Shown: in pieces, positions 41,689 to 51,318 of the stretch
Layout: each line of letters begins with the position of its first letter
Numbering within the stretch: position 1 is the stretch's first letter
Source: Nitrosopumilus sp.
GTDB lineage: Archaea > Thermoproteota > Nitrososphaeria > Nitrososphaerales > Nitrosopumilaceae
Direction: 5' to 3'
Assembly: GCA_965205425.1 (NCBI GenBank)
Contig: CBDBGZ010000005.1
Span: 96,001 to 160,000, forward strand
DNA: 64,000 nucleotides
Position numbers and translations under genes: made by a program
The notes under the pieces: model-generated
The model's database searches: none
Told to the model about the DNA's origin: nothing
Seen by the model: only the letters and a program-made list of their open reading frames with translations

Positions 41689-41844
41689 ATTTATTTTTTA
41701 GATTTTAATTTCTTATAATCTTCAGGGCTTTCTTCTGCTAATCTCTGATAATATACTTCTTCATAGGGCATGTTTCTTCAGTATTGTATTACAAAATTTG
41801 CATTTAAGCTTGAAGAACGAATTGTACTAGTCTAGGCAGAATAA

Positions 41845-42225
41845 TCAAGATTCAGATTCAATGATATTTTTCATGGAATTAAACATCTCACCAATCTCAG
41901 TCATTCTTGTGTCAAACTGTTCATCAGATAATTCATCCGGTTTATTCAAAGTGATGACAACTTCAGAAACATCCCCATGGGATACAACCCTCATTGGGAC
42001 ATCCCAAGAAGATTCTTCATCCACATATTGATGGTCTAAAATTCCCAAAGACTTGTTTTCATTAAATTTCAACATTGATTTTCCATGAGGGCCAGTAAAT
42101 GACCACCATCCAGAATCATTGATTTTTGCATCAGGCATCATTTTTGGAGGTACATTCAAGATTGCATCAAATGCATCACCAGTCTTCTTTTCCACAATAA
42201 TGGAAATAGTCCTTGATCTGACCAT
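41845..42225 (-). CDS. SRPBCC-like protein
   Basis: GILDH...W.VPMRVV pattern. Confidence 0.7.
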   Translation of the reverse strand: MVRSRTISIIVEKKTGDAFDAILNVPPKMMPDAKINDSGWWSFTGPHGKSMLKFNENKSLGILDHQYVDEESSWDVPMRVVSHGDVSEVVITLNKPDELSDEQFDTRMTEIGEMFNSMKNIIESES

Positions 42226-42291
42226 AGTATAGAATTCAAATAATGATTAAAAAGGATATAGTAGTAATCATAGGAATCTGTGCTACGACAC

Positions 42292-42468
42292 CTATTTGTT
42301 TAGAAATTCTTTAATTTTCTTTAGATTTGCAACATTTGATTCATGAAACATTACCATTGATTCAGATAATGTATTTGGCAATACCGTTTTGAGATTATCA
42401 ACTAGTTCATCACCACTAGTAATCATATTATCAATCAGCTTGTCAATTTCATTTTTGTCATCAACCAT
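42292..42468 (-). CDS. 58-aa hypothetical protein (not in ORF track)
   Basis: MVDDKNEIDKLIDNMITSGDELVDNLK...IKEFLNK*. Confidence 0.7.
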   Translation of the reverse strand: MVDDKNEIDKLIDNMITSGDELVDNLKTVLPNTLSESMVMFHESNVANLKKIKEFLNK

Positions 42469-42490
42469 TTGATTAGATTAGGGACTAGTC

Positions 42491-42724
42491 TTAGTTATCT
42501 TTTTTTATTAAAGTAGCAGTAGAACGTACTTTTTTTAATTTTTGAATATTCCAAGAAACAATCTCTCGAATCTTTTCAAAATTTTCTGCTTGTAATTTTA
42601 CCAACATGTCATGAGTTCCAATGGTTTCAAAAACATCTACAACTTGTTCAATCTCTTTTAATTGTTCTATAATCTCAGTTTCTGCACCTAACTCACAATT
42701 TAGCATCACATATGCATCAGTCAT
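42491..42724 (-). CDS. stand-alone Lrp/AsnC ligand-binding (RAM) domain protein
   Basis: AYVMLNCELG, GTHD, VRSTATLI. Confidence 0.9.
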   Translation of the reverse strand: MTDAYVMLNCELGAETEIIEQLKEIEQVVDVFETIGTHDMLVKLQAENFEKIREIVSWNIQKLKKVRSTATLIKKDN

Positions 42725-42776
42725 AAAATAAGCAATAATTAATGATTATTTAAAGATGGAGAATTTTAGGTAGAGC

Positions 42777-43424
42777 TTACCACGTAACATGAACTAAATC
42801 TTTGAGATTTCGTCGAGGTTTAGGGAATTTTGTTTGTTTAGGATATCCAATACACAATACAGATGAAGGTACAAGTTCAGTTCCTATTACATCCATTACT
42901 TTTTGTTCATCAAACATTCCAATCCAGATAGAACTTAATCCCAAGGCTTGAGCTGCCAATTGAGAATAACCAGCTGCCAAAGTTGCATCCTGAATAGCAA
43001 ATTTTTTCAAAATATAATCTGGAAAATCGAATTTTACTCTAGAGGGGTTTTTACAAAAAACCAAAACTACAGGAGCATCAACATAAGGTTGTTTATTACA
43101 AGCATCAACTAGAAGCTTTTTCTTTTCAGGACTCTTAATGTAAAATATTTCAAATCCTTGAAAGTTACCTGCAGTAGGTGCAGTATCTGCAGCAGCAATA
43201 ATTTTATCAATTTTGGCAGTTTCAACAGGTTTATCTAAAAACTTCCGTGTAGAACGTCTCTTTGCCATTACTGCAAACAAATCAGTATCTACAACTTCAG
43301 ATGGACCAGATTTTAGAATGAAGTCAAGCAAATGATTTCGAATATCATGATCAGGGACATCAGGTTTTTCTTCAGGTTCATAGCCTAATGGATAGATTTT
43401 TTCTCCATCATTTTCTGAACTCAT
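42777..43424 (-). CDS. nitroreductase family protein
   Basis: RRSTRKF, APTAGNFQ, LGLSSIWIG, IGYP. Confidence 0.93.
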   Translation of the reverse strand: MSSENDGEKIYPLGYEPEEKPDVPDHDIRNHLLDFILKSGPSEVVDTDLFAVMAKRRSTRKFLDKPVETAKIDKIIAAADTAPTAGNFQGFEIFYIKSPEKKKLLVDACNKQPYVDAPVVLVFCKNPSRVKFDFPDYILKKFAIQDATLAAGYSQLAAQALGLSSIWIGMFDEQKVMDVIGTELVPSSVLCIGYPKQTKFPKPRRNLKDLVHVTW

Positions 43425-43486
43425 AAAGAAAGTACATGAAATATCCTATTAAAGAATTAGAAAAATATCAGAATTGAAAAGATCAC

Positions 43487-43672
43487 TTATTCTGCTTCAA
43501 ACTTGTCACAACCAGAAGTACAAGGTTTATTCATTACACCCTCACATACGTCTAATTCATTATGCATGATACGATGATGTCCACAAATTTTACATTTTTC
43601 TCTAAAATAGGAAATCAGCTCAGCAGTAGAAATGTTTGAATTTTGGATTTTGGATTCAGTTTCACTAGTCAT
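43487..43672 (-). CDS. small Cys/His metal-binding protein
   Basis: CKICGHH..H...C......C...C..F. Confidence 0.7.
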   Translation of the reverse strand: MTSETESKIQNSNISTAELISYFREKCKICGHHRIMHNELDVCEGVMNKPCTSGCDKFEAE

Positions 43673-43747
43673 GATGATTTTCAGTAATCAAGTTAGTTTA
43701 AACATTTTGAACAGGCAACATAATAAATCACCAGGGCAATATCCATC

Positions 43748-43888
43748 ATGAGCATTGTAAAATTTATCAATAAAATGAGTCATAGACAATTTTATCTAAT
43801 TTTTGGAACAGGATGCATAGTTGCATTTTATTTTCTTTTTACAAATTGTTATCAGTTGTATGGAGACCATTGTTTCTACGTCCCATAA
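43748..43888 (+). CDS. 46-aa single-TM microprotein (not in ORF track)
   Basis: MSIVKFINKMSHRQFYLIFGTGCIVAFYFLFTNCYQLYGDHCFYVP*. Confidence 0.5.
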   Translation: MSIVKFINKMSHRQFYLIFGTGCIVAFYFLFTNCYQLYGDHCFYVP

Positions 43889-43952
43889 TTGAATAAACCT
43901 CAATTTTTTTATTTTAATAATACTAATTTACCCAAAAAATCATCAAATAATA

Positions 43953-44138
43953 TTGGTTGAATCTAATCAAGAAAACGATAAATATGAAACAATAATGATT
44001 GAATCAAAAATCAGAGAAGGTGTTTTTCATAAAGTTGTTAAAGATAAAGAAAGTGGAAAAGCTGTTTCTTGTTCTTGCAAATGTTGGAGTAAAGGAAACA
44101 AGCCTTGTGTAGGCATGAGAACTATTGGTTTTGAATAA
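43953..44138 (+). CDS. small SWIM-like Cys protein
   Basis: CSCKC......PC. Confidence 0.55.
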   Translation: MVESNQENDKYETIMIESKIREGVFHKVVKDKESGKAVSCSCKCWSKGNKPCVGMRTIGFE

Positions 44139-44160
44139 TAAGTGAAATTAGTATTAGAAG

Positions 44161-44242
44161 CGCCGAGAGAGGGATTCGAACCCCCGCACGCTTTCGCGTA
44201 GCCGTTTTCGAGACGGCCGCCGTACTACTTGGCTATCTCGGC
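44161..44242 (-). tRNA. tRNA-Ser(CGA)
   Basis: GCCGAGA acceptor stem, anticodon arm GCCGT-CTCGAAA-ACGGC, long variable arm, GTTCGAATC, discriminator G; CCA not encoded. Confidence 0.95.
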
Positions 44243-44285
44243 ATCTATTCTGAGAACACCTCCATAATAAAGCGAATTGATAAGA

Positions 44286-44552
44286 TCAAATTTTATCAAT
44301 ATCGAATAATTCATCTTTGAATTTCTTTTTGATTTGATCTTTTGTTCTATTCCATTCATCTTGAGTTACAGAATCTGTGAAAATAGAATAAAATCTATCA
44401 AAATACTCATCATTTAATGCTGAAGTGATTTCTTGTTTTTCAGATTCAGAAAAAGCAAAGTATGAAATAATTTTGGATATAGAATCATCAGATTCATAGC
44501 GTATTTCAAAAATTTTATCCTGTAAATGATCTGGAAATTTTTGTGGCACCAT
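44286..44552 (-). CDS. hypothetical protein
   Basis: 88-aa ORF. Confidence 0.7.
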   Translation of the reverse strand: MVPQKFPDHLQDKIFEIRYESDDSISKIISYFAFSESEKQEITSALNDEYFDRFYSIFTDSVTQDEWNRTKDQIKKKFKDELFDIDKI

Positions 44553-44661
44553 TAAGTTTTGAATGGTTTGTACATTAAAATGGATTTTAAAATAGTATGA
44601 ACAAATTACCGATCAATTTGAAAGGATAAACACAAAATACCAGAAAACATCAAGGAATTTC

Positions 44662-45681
44662 ATGGGATTAAATCTAAAAGAATTGGTAGTTAGAGAGAAA
44701 ACAACTCTTGAAGCATTTTCAAATAAAGTAATAGCAATTGATGCGTATAATGCAATTTACCAATTTTTGGCAAGTATTAGGGGTCCTGATGGATTACAGC
44801 TAACGGATACAGAAGGAAGGATTACCAGCCATCTTAGTGGATTACTTTACAGAAATGTAAATTTTCTATCATTAGGAATTAAACCAGTTTATGTTTTTGA
44901 TGGAAAACCTCCATCACTAAAAACTGCTGAAATTGAGCGTAGAAAACAGATCAAAAAAGATGCCACTGTAAAATATGAAAAAGCAGTTGCAGAAGGGAAT
45001 ATGGAAGATGCAAGAAAATTTGCACAACAAACAACCAGCATGAGAGATGGAATGGTAAAAGAATCAAAAGAATTTCTTACATATTTTGGTATTCCATATA
45101 TCGAAGCCCCATCAGAGGGAGAAGCAACAGCAGCTCATCTAACAAACACAGGACAAGCATATGCATCTGCCAGTCAAGATTATGATTCTGTTTTATGTGG
45201 AGCAAAAAGATTGGTAAGGAATTTTACCAGTAGTGGAAGAAGAAAAATTCCTAATAGAAATACCTACATCGATGTGTTACCAGAAATTATTGAAACGCAA
45301 AAAACATTAGATTCAATCGAAATGACAAGAAAAGAATTAATTGATGTTGGGATTTTAATTGGTACAGATTTCAATCCAAACGGATTTGAAAGAATTGGTC
45401 CAAAAACAGCAATGAAATTAATCAGACAACATTCAAGGTTAGAAGACATTCCACAAATACGAGAACAGTTAGAAGAAATAGATTTTCAACAAATACGAGA
45501 AATATTTCTAAATCCAGAAGTTGCAGAAGTTGATGAAATTATATTCAATGAAGTAGATCATGAAGGAGTTATGAAATATCTTAAAGAGAGAAGTTTTTCA
45601 GAAGAGAGAATTCAATCAACATTAAACAGATTAAAAAAAGCCTTGGAGAAAAAGAGTCAAAATCTCGATCAATGGTTTTAG
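44662..45681 (+). CDS. fen: flap endonuclease 1
   Basis: [37 protein letters not shown]-terminal PIP box QNLDQWF. Confidence 0.98.
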   Translation: MGLNLKELVVREKTTLEAFSNKVIAIDAYNAIYQFLASIRGPDGLQLTDTEGRITSHLSGLLYRNVNFLSLGIKPVYVFDGKPPSLKTAEIERRKQIKKDATVKYEKAVAEGNMEDARKFAQQTTSMRDGMVKESKEFLTYFGIPYIEAPSEGEATAAHLTNTGQAYASASQDYDSVLCGAKRLVRNFTSSGRRKIPNRNTYIDVLPEIIETQKTLDSIEMTRKELIDVGILIGTDFNPNGFERIGPKTAMKLIRQHSRLEDIPQIREQLEEIDFQQIREIFLNPEVAEVDEIIFNEVDHEGVMKYLKERSFSEERIQSTLNRLKKALEKKSQNLDQWF

Positions 45682-45875
45682 CTAACAAATTCATCTTTTA
45701 TACTTCAGAGTTTGACTAATTTTGTGGTCAAACAGTATTACAAAGTTCTAAAAAAATTCAATTCCAAAAAAGACTATGGAATCAAAATCAGACCACAATA
45801 CGCAAGATGCCTATCTATGCTCAAAGTAGGTCAAAAAATCAATCAAAAGGACTTTGCAAGTGAATTTGGGCACTC

Positions 45876-46127
45876 ATGTTAAAACTAAATATTCCACGAA
45901 ATAGGAAAGCTCTCTATTTTGTTTTGGGAATTATTGGAACAATTACTGTTAATTTAATTCGAATTTTCTCATTATCTTGGTATGCTCTAAAAGTAACTAC
46001 AGATCCTGTAGCATGGGAAGAATATCACAAAATTGCAGGTGAAATAATGTTTTTGCCTTGGCTATTTGCTTTCATTCTAGTTGTGATTATAATAGAATCA
46101 AGACGTCTAAAGAAACTTGAGCAATAG
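45876..46127 (+). pseudogene. C-terminal fragment of an archaeosortase/exosortase
   Basis: TM segments with VNLIRI and EEYH (catalytic Arg, His); catalytic Cys region absent. Confidence 0.7.
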
Positions 46128-46223
46128 TGTCTAGAGAGCTAAAAATCCACATACCTCTACTAATATTCCCATCAAAACGTTCTGAATAATGTATCTCAGA
46201 TTATTCAGTATTTTGTCAATTTA

Positions 46224-47705
46224 TCACAAATCAACTGAATCGTGCTGTTTCACAGATAATACATTTCCATGCCATTTCTTGTGATATTCGTCATGTTGTG
46301 TATGAATCGGAATTAGTTTTTTAGCATTAGAGCCGTCAATGACTCGTTTTATCTGAGTACCATCTCCATGACCTGAAACATGGATTTGATGACAATCTTG
46401 GTCTTTTTTGATTACTCCAAAGTGAGTAAACCAATTTTTGATTTGTTCTTCTTTTAGTTCCATTTCTAAGTCAAAAGGTTCTGTTAATGAGCGAATGTAT
46501 GTAGCCCCTTCATCAGGCTTGATATCTATCAAATCTTGGAGTCTGAAATCACTGCAAAAGAATATGAAATTTTTCTGGTTTGCTTTGATATCTCTATAAT
46601 CCACGGCATTTGGATAATCCAAAAATTCTCTTTGCCATTCCGCATAATCCATGTAGAATTGCCTATCTGAGAACTTCTCCAAATCCTTATCTAATAATCC
46701 CCAAGTTCCTCTTTGAATGTAGATTTTGATATTACTATCAGTTGGTGAGGGATAGTGTCCTTTTAGGTTCTCTGATTGAGAAAATAGTTTTAACAAATAT
46801 GCTTGCTTCATGTCAATTACCAAATCACGATTAGTTTGTTTTGCGGATTCATAAAAAGATAACAATCTATCTAAATCTCTAATAGGATAACCACATATTG
46901 CCAAACCATTTGTTTTGTTTACAATATCTGTAACGGTAGATTCTACATCATATTCTGTTAATGATTGTGTTGAATTCACTCTAGTTCCTTCACATAGTAA
47001 CAAGTCTAGGGAAGAGTCCCCACATTTTTCTACAAACTTTTCGGTATCTTTACTTCGTCTACCATGGAATCGTAAATCGGCAGTGTTTCCAATTGTACCT
47101 TCAGAAGTATGTAAAATAAAAGCATGAACTCCTGCAATAGAGTGGTCTACGGGTAATGGATTAACATTGATTGAATCAATTGAAAACTCTTTTCCGGATT
47201 GAAATGTTTTGATAGTACGAGGAACCTTTACTTTATCTCCAATGGCACGACTAATTTCTCCTTTTTTATTTTCATAGATTTGAAATTTTTCTTTTAGTGT
47301 CAGATATTGATCAGTACCAGTCTCATCAAAGTTTTGCATTATCAATTTTGATTCTTCAGAGCAGTAAATTGGAATATCCGGTCTCAAGTATGGAATGTAT
47401 GCACAATGATCAACATGGGCATGAGTCAACAGTATGCCGTCAACGGATGTTTCTTCATCTCCGCCAAACCCTACATGTTTAGCATAGTCTCTACGATACA
47501 ATCCCTTGATTTTAGGTAAAATTCCAAGCTCAAACATGTCTGCTAGGGTGTTAGAGCCTCTAGCACTCATGAATTGAGAGAAAAACTGTCCTTCTTCTGA
47601 AAAAGACATACCAAAATCCATGAACAGAGATGTGCCTTTGTCTTTGACTAGGAACTTGTTTCCTCCAATGTCATTTACTCCTCCGTGAAATGTAACACTA
47701 GTCAT
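46224..47705 (-). CDS. MBL-fold beta-CASP (RNase J-like) nuclease
   Basis: GG..DIGGN, DFG, THAHVDH, VDHS, D.R.HG, EGT, HVSGH, PIH. Confidence 0.9.
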   Translation of the reverse strand: MTSVTFHGGVNDIGGNKFLVKDKGTSLFMDFGMSFSEEGQFFSQFMSARGSNTLADMFELGILPKIKGLYRRDYAKHVGFGGDEETSVDGILLTHAHVDHCAYIPYLRPDIPIYCSEESKLIMQNFDETGTDQYLTLKEKFQIYENKKGEISRAIGDKVKVPRTIKTFQSGKEFSIDSINVNPLPVDHSIAGVHAFILHTSEGTIGNTADLRFHGRRSKDTEKFVEKCGDSSLDLLLCEGTRVNSTQSLTEYDVESTVTDIVNKTNGLAICGYPIRDLDRLLSFYESAKQTNRDLVIDMKQAYLLKLFSQSENLKGHYPSPTDSNIKIYIQRGTWGLLDKDLEKFSDRQFYMDYAEWQREFLDYPNAVDYRDIKANQKNFIFFCSDFRLQDLIDIKPDEGATYIRSLTEPFDLEMELKEEQIKNWFTHFGVIKKDQDCHQIHVSGHGDGTQIKRVIDGSNAKKLIPIHTQHDEYHKKWHGNVLSVKQHDSVDL

Positions 47706-47799
47706 AAAATAATGAAGGTAAGAGAGTATTAAAGAACAACTCTAATTTTCAACCCTAAAGTTTTAGTGTAAATGATTTTCAGGTAACTTTTTGTAGTTA

Positions 47800-48736
47800 A
47801 TGTCAAAAGAAAATCTATTGGTTTTATTCAAACGAAATAAAGACAAACTTGAACCCATTAAAGAAACGTCATTTGACCTTGAAAAGAAAATTCAAGACAT
47901 CACTGAAAAAAATTTAAAACAAATATTCAATCTTGAATTTGTAAAAAGTGAATTTCAAGTTACAAATGATTTTAGAATAGATACCCTAGGCATTTGATAA
48001 AGAATCTTCTAGTTTTGTTATAATTGAATACAAAAATGGTAGAGACAAAGGATTGATGACACAAGGATTAGCATATTTATCAACTATGCTTGATAGATAT
48101 TCAGATTTTATCACAGAATATAATGAACAATTAAACAAAAGTCTAAAGAAAAATGATGTAGATAAATCACAGTCAAAAATTATTTTCATTGCACCATCAT
48201 ACGACAAAAATATTATTCAAGCCTCAAATCTAGATTTACCTATAGAATTATGGAAAGTCCATCTATACGAAAACAACATGATAGAATACTTACCAATTAA
48301 TTCAAACAAAAAAACATCTACAAAACTCCCCAAATTTTCAGGAGGTATTTTAGAAAAAATTACTCGTGAAATTAAAACATACACAGAAGAATATCATTAT
48401 GAAAAAAGAGCAAGTAAGAAAACACAAGAAATCTATGAAGAAATTAGAGATAAAATTATGAATATGGGAAATAATATTGACGTAATCATTAGACAGCGAT
48501 ATATCGCGTTTAAAACAAATTACAATTTTGTATACATCAATCTAAAACGTAGTATGATACATGTAGATTTATCCATGAAAGTAAAAGAGGTAGAAGACCC
48601 AAAACATGTGATCAGAAATATTGAAGATGTAGGTCATGCAAGTGCAGGTAAATCAAGAATGACAATCACAGAAAAATCACAAATCCCATATCTCATTGGA
48701 TTAATTGAGCAATCTTATTCTAAATCAATTAAATAA
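47800..48736 (+). pseudogene. PD-(D/E)xK nuclease with C-terminal DUF5655-like domain, frameshifted
   Basis: Removing one G at 47989-47990 gives RIDTLAFDKESSSFVIIEYK...MTQGLAY; C-terminal YIAFK..NF, GH...G. Confidence 0.8.
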
Positions 48737-48769
48737 TTATTTTTAAATCAAAAACTACTCGAATTAATT

Positions 48770-49201
48770 GTGTTATTTAAGAAAAAACCTCAGCCCACCA
48801 AAATCAGGTATTTTGAACCACTAACAGGATCAAGTGATGTAGTTAATAGAAAAATGTCACTAAAAGAAAGAATTGAAAAAGATACAAAGAATTTAGAAGA
48901 AATTAAAAAATTTTGCAAAGGAAAAAAATTGTCAATCACAGTACGATTTTTCCTATACGATGGTAAAGAAGATCAATCACCTCAACCAGAAGGGAGAATA
49001 AAGAAAGATCTCGATAATTTATTAAAAATTGTTCTTGATGTGCTTCCTGAAAAGATGGATTCTGAGGGCAAAAATGATGGTTTGGGATTAATTAAAAAAG
49101 ATTATGATCATCTAGTATATGAAATAAAAACCACTAAAGAAATAGTTTCAAAAAAAAGCGATGAAGGTATTGATATTGTAATTTCAGAGTGGAAAAATTA
49201 A
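48770..49201 (+). CDS. RusA-like Holliday junction resolvase
   Basis: KDLDNLLKIVLDVL matches the RusA DxDNxxKxxxD motif. Confidence 0.7.
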   Translation: MLFKKKPQPTKIRYFEPLTGSSDVVNRKMSLKERIEKDTKNLEEIKKFCKGKKLSITVRFFLYDGKEDQSPQPEGRIKKDLDNLLKIVLDVLPEKMDSEGKNDGLGLIKKDYDHLVYEIKTTKEIVSKKSDEGIDIVISEWKN

Positions 49202-49212
49202 ATCTAAAATAA

Positions 49213-49950
49213 CTAAATTAAAAACTCAGAGGCATGTTTGCCTTCTTCAGTAATTTCTATCCATCTAGTTCTGCCAATTTTATTTACTTTAACAAATCCC
49301 CATCGATGTTCTAATGCAGAAATTATTCCCTTATCTAAACTTGCAAAAGTAGCTTGGCTTTGGTTCTCGGCATTTACAACAATCAATTTTTGCTCTAATG
49401 CTTGTTTTGCCATGTCTTTTTTTGATATTTTACCACCAGAGTCGACTACAATTTTTAATGCTTGAATGTGTCTTTCTTCAGGCTTTTGAATCTCATATGT
49501 CGGAATGTATTCTATATTTTTAATTCCTTTAGACATTGCTTTACCTGAAAATCCCAGATATTCTTTTGCCTCCACATAAAATGGATTTACGTTATCGTTG
49601 TCATTGAACATCATTGACGCCATCATGCAACCTATTGCTTGAACTTTGGATCCTGACGCTAAATTAACTGAAACGATATTTCCAGATTCTTTAATTATTA
49701 GATTTTTTACAGTCTTGATAATTTGAAATAGAGCAGTTCTGTTATGATATTCTATTACAACTTCAATGTTTAGTTTTTCTAGTTGTTCTGAAATCTTTTG
49801 ATAAAACTTAGTTGCCTTGTCTTCTGAGGGATTTTCATGAACTAGTAAAATTACTTTATCTGCTCGGAGGTTTTTTGCAGGAAGTACAATCCTATCTATT
49901 TCATAGCCTACAGGGGCAATATGAACACGTAAGTTAGGTATTTCAGGCAT
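49213..49950 (-). CDS. DUF6293/HFX_2341-like regulator (CARF-like Rossmann domain + wHTH)
   Basis: VHIAPVGYEIDRI, DKVILL, VNLASGSK; C-terminal wHTH ...GRTRWIEITEEG; probable start MPEIP at 49950. Confidence 0.8.
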   Translation of the reverse strand: MPEIPNLRVHIAPVGYEIDRIVLPAKNLRADKVILLVHENPSEDKATKFYQKISEQLEKLNIEVVIEYHNRTALFQIIKTVKNLIIKESGNIVSVNLASGSKVQAIGCMMASMMFNDNDNVNPFYVEAKEYLGFSGKAMSKGIKNIEYIPTYEIQKPEERHIQALKIVVDSGGKISKKDMAKQALEQKLIVVNAENQSQATFASLDKGIISALEHRWGFVKVNKIGRTRWIEITEEGKHASEFLI

Positions 49951-50016
49951 AATGGTATCTACAGTATGGATACTATGGTCATGTAATATAATAATTTTTT
50001 CAGCACTAGTTGATTC

Positions 50017-50442
50017 ATGAAACAAACACAAATCCAAAAAATCGCACTAGACTCATGCGTTGTAATAGATATCATTGAAAAACCACAAGTAGCCTTTGGA
50101 CTCAAAGCCAGACTAAAGGGAAAACAGATCAAACTAGTTCTATGTGATGTTGTACTACAAGAAGTAGGAAGAGTAAGAGGGCTATCTACTAAAACAATCA
50201 TTGAGAAAATCTCAAAAATTCTTGGACGGGAAATAGAATTATCTCAAATTGATGAACAAAACAAAGACACAGCAAAAGAAATTTCTAATCAATTTCAAAT
50301 TTGCCATAACGGAGATAATAAAATTCTAAGTTTATGTCAAGCAAAAGACTTTGTCTTGGTAACATTTGATAGAATGCTTCTAAAGGCTTGTGAGTTTGTT
50401 GGAATTACAGGATTTCATCCATCAATGGTGAGAGGAATTTAA
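50017..50442 (+). CDS. PIN-domain (VapC-like) nuclease
   Basis: ALDSCVVID, VLQEV, GDNKIL, LVTFD acidic tetrad. Confidence 0.85.
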   Translation: MKQTQIQKIALDSCVVIDIIEKPQVAFGLKARLKGKQIKLVLCDVVLQEVGRVRGLSTKTIIEKISKILGREIELSQIDEQNKDTAKEISNQFQICHNGDNKILSLCQAKDFVLVTFDRMLLKACEFVGITGFHPSMVRGI

Positions 50443-50443
50443 A

Positions 50444-50524
50444 ATGAAACCTGTAATGTATCCTAGAATAATTCGAGAGTTTGAGGATGAAAGAGATGAA
50501 CCGATGGTTTATGGAGGAAATTAA
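50444..50524 (+). CDS. 26-aa micro-ORF
   Basis: MKPVMYPRIIREFEDERDEPMVYGGN*; GAGGA upstream; fills the gap between coupled ORFs. Confidence 0.55.
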   Translation: MKPVMYPRIIREFEDERDEPMVYGGN

Positions 50525-50692
50525 ATGAAAATTACTAAATTTCTGCCAAAGCCAATTGCAATAACATTTCAAAAACATGACATTGAGAAAAAAGAAGTCG
50601 AATTGAAATATTATCGTGCACATGTATTTACTTTGGAGCAATTAATTCAAGAAAGATATCAAGAACTAAATAGATTGGAGGAAACAAAATGA
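50525..50692 (+). CDS. 55-aa micro-ORF with coiled-coil end
   Basis: MKITKFLPKPIAITFQKHDIEKKEVELKYYRAHVFTLEQLIQERYQELNRLEETK*; GGAGG RBS. Confidence 0.7.
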   Translation: MKITKFLPKPIAITFQKHDIEKKEVELKYYRAHVFTLEQLIQERYQELNRLEETK

Positions 50693-50838
50693 GATGTAAA
50701 ATTTGTCAAACTGCGCACAAGAATACAAGTAGATTTCAATCATGGGAAGAACAAGTATGTAGATTATGTAGTAATGTTTGCGACTATTTTTCATGGAATG
50801 GTAATTATCTACATGAATATTGGGAGATTAGAAATTGA
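50689..50838 (+). CDS. 49-aa zinc-finger micro-ORF
   Basis: MRCKIC...VCRLC..VC; ATGA overlap; GGAGG RBS. Confidence 0.7.
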   Translation: MRCKICQTAHKNTSRFQSWEEQVCRLCSNVCDYFSWNGNYLHEYWEIRN

Positions 50839-51026
50839 AATGCCCTCAATGTGGCAAATCATGGATAGCGGAGATTCTTTGGGGATATCCTGCCGATATG
50901 CAAGCATTAGAAGACGAACTAGGAAGAAAAGAAATGGTTCTTGGGGGCTGTATAATTACAGACCATGATCCAAAATGGGAATGCAATGATTGTCATTACA
51001 AATGGGGAGAAAGAGATGACTGTTAA
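50835..51026 (+). CDS. 63-aa zinc-ribbon protein
   Basis: CPQCG..ILWGYP..LGGC...P.WECNDC; TTGA overlap. Confidence 0.75.
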   Translation: MKCPQCGKSWIAEILWGYPADMQALEDELGRKEMVLGGCIITDHDPKWECNDCHYKWGERDDC

Positions 51027-51318
51027 TCCCCTTGTAGATTCAAAGAAAAAGAGTGCCTCAGAAGCATTTGTCAACTCATTTGGAGGATATCCAATAGGGT
51101 ATGGGTTGGGAATAGTAATTCTACCTCTATCTGTAGGTTGGGTACAAGAGGATCCATACATTGCAAATATTGTAATCACTGGAGTTTATGCCACGGTATC
51201 TTTTGTAAGATCATATTTTTTACGAAGGATTTTTGAGAAATATGGAATTGATGATAATTTCATTAGACTAGGTTCAAAATTAATTAAAAAAATAATCTGG
51301 AGAAATAAATTATCATGA
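51016..51318 (+). CDS. two-TM membrane protein (DUF7220-like)
   Basis: S..EA.VN...G, S.VRSYFLRRIF; GGAG RBS before the ATG at 51016. Confidence 0.75.
   Translation: MTVNPLVDSKKKSASEAFVNSFGGYPIGYGLGIVILPLSVGWVQEDPYIANIVITGVYATVSFVRSYFLRRIFEKYGIDDNFIRLGSKLIKKIIWRNKLS

Noticed and set aside
44161..44242. tRNA-Ser as att site for the 45.7-53.7 kb island
   Set aside because: No duplicate of the tRNA 3' end found, and fen lies between the tRNA and the island
49951..50037. N-terminal extension of the regulator ORF
   Set aside because: Overlaps the PIN start; this is the shared promoter region
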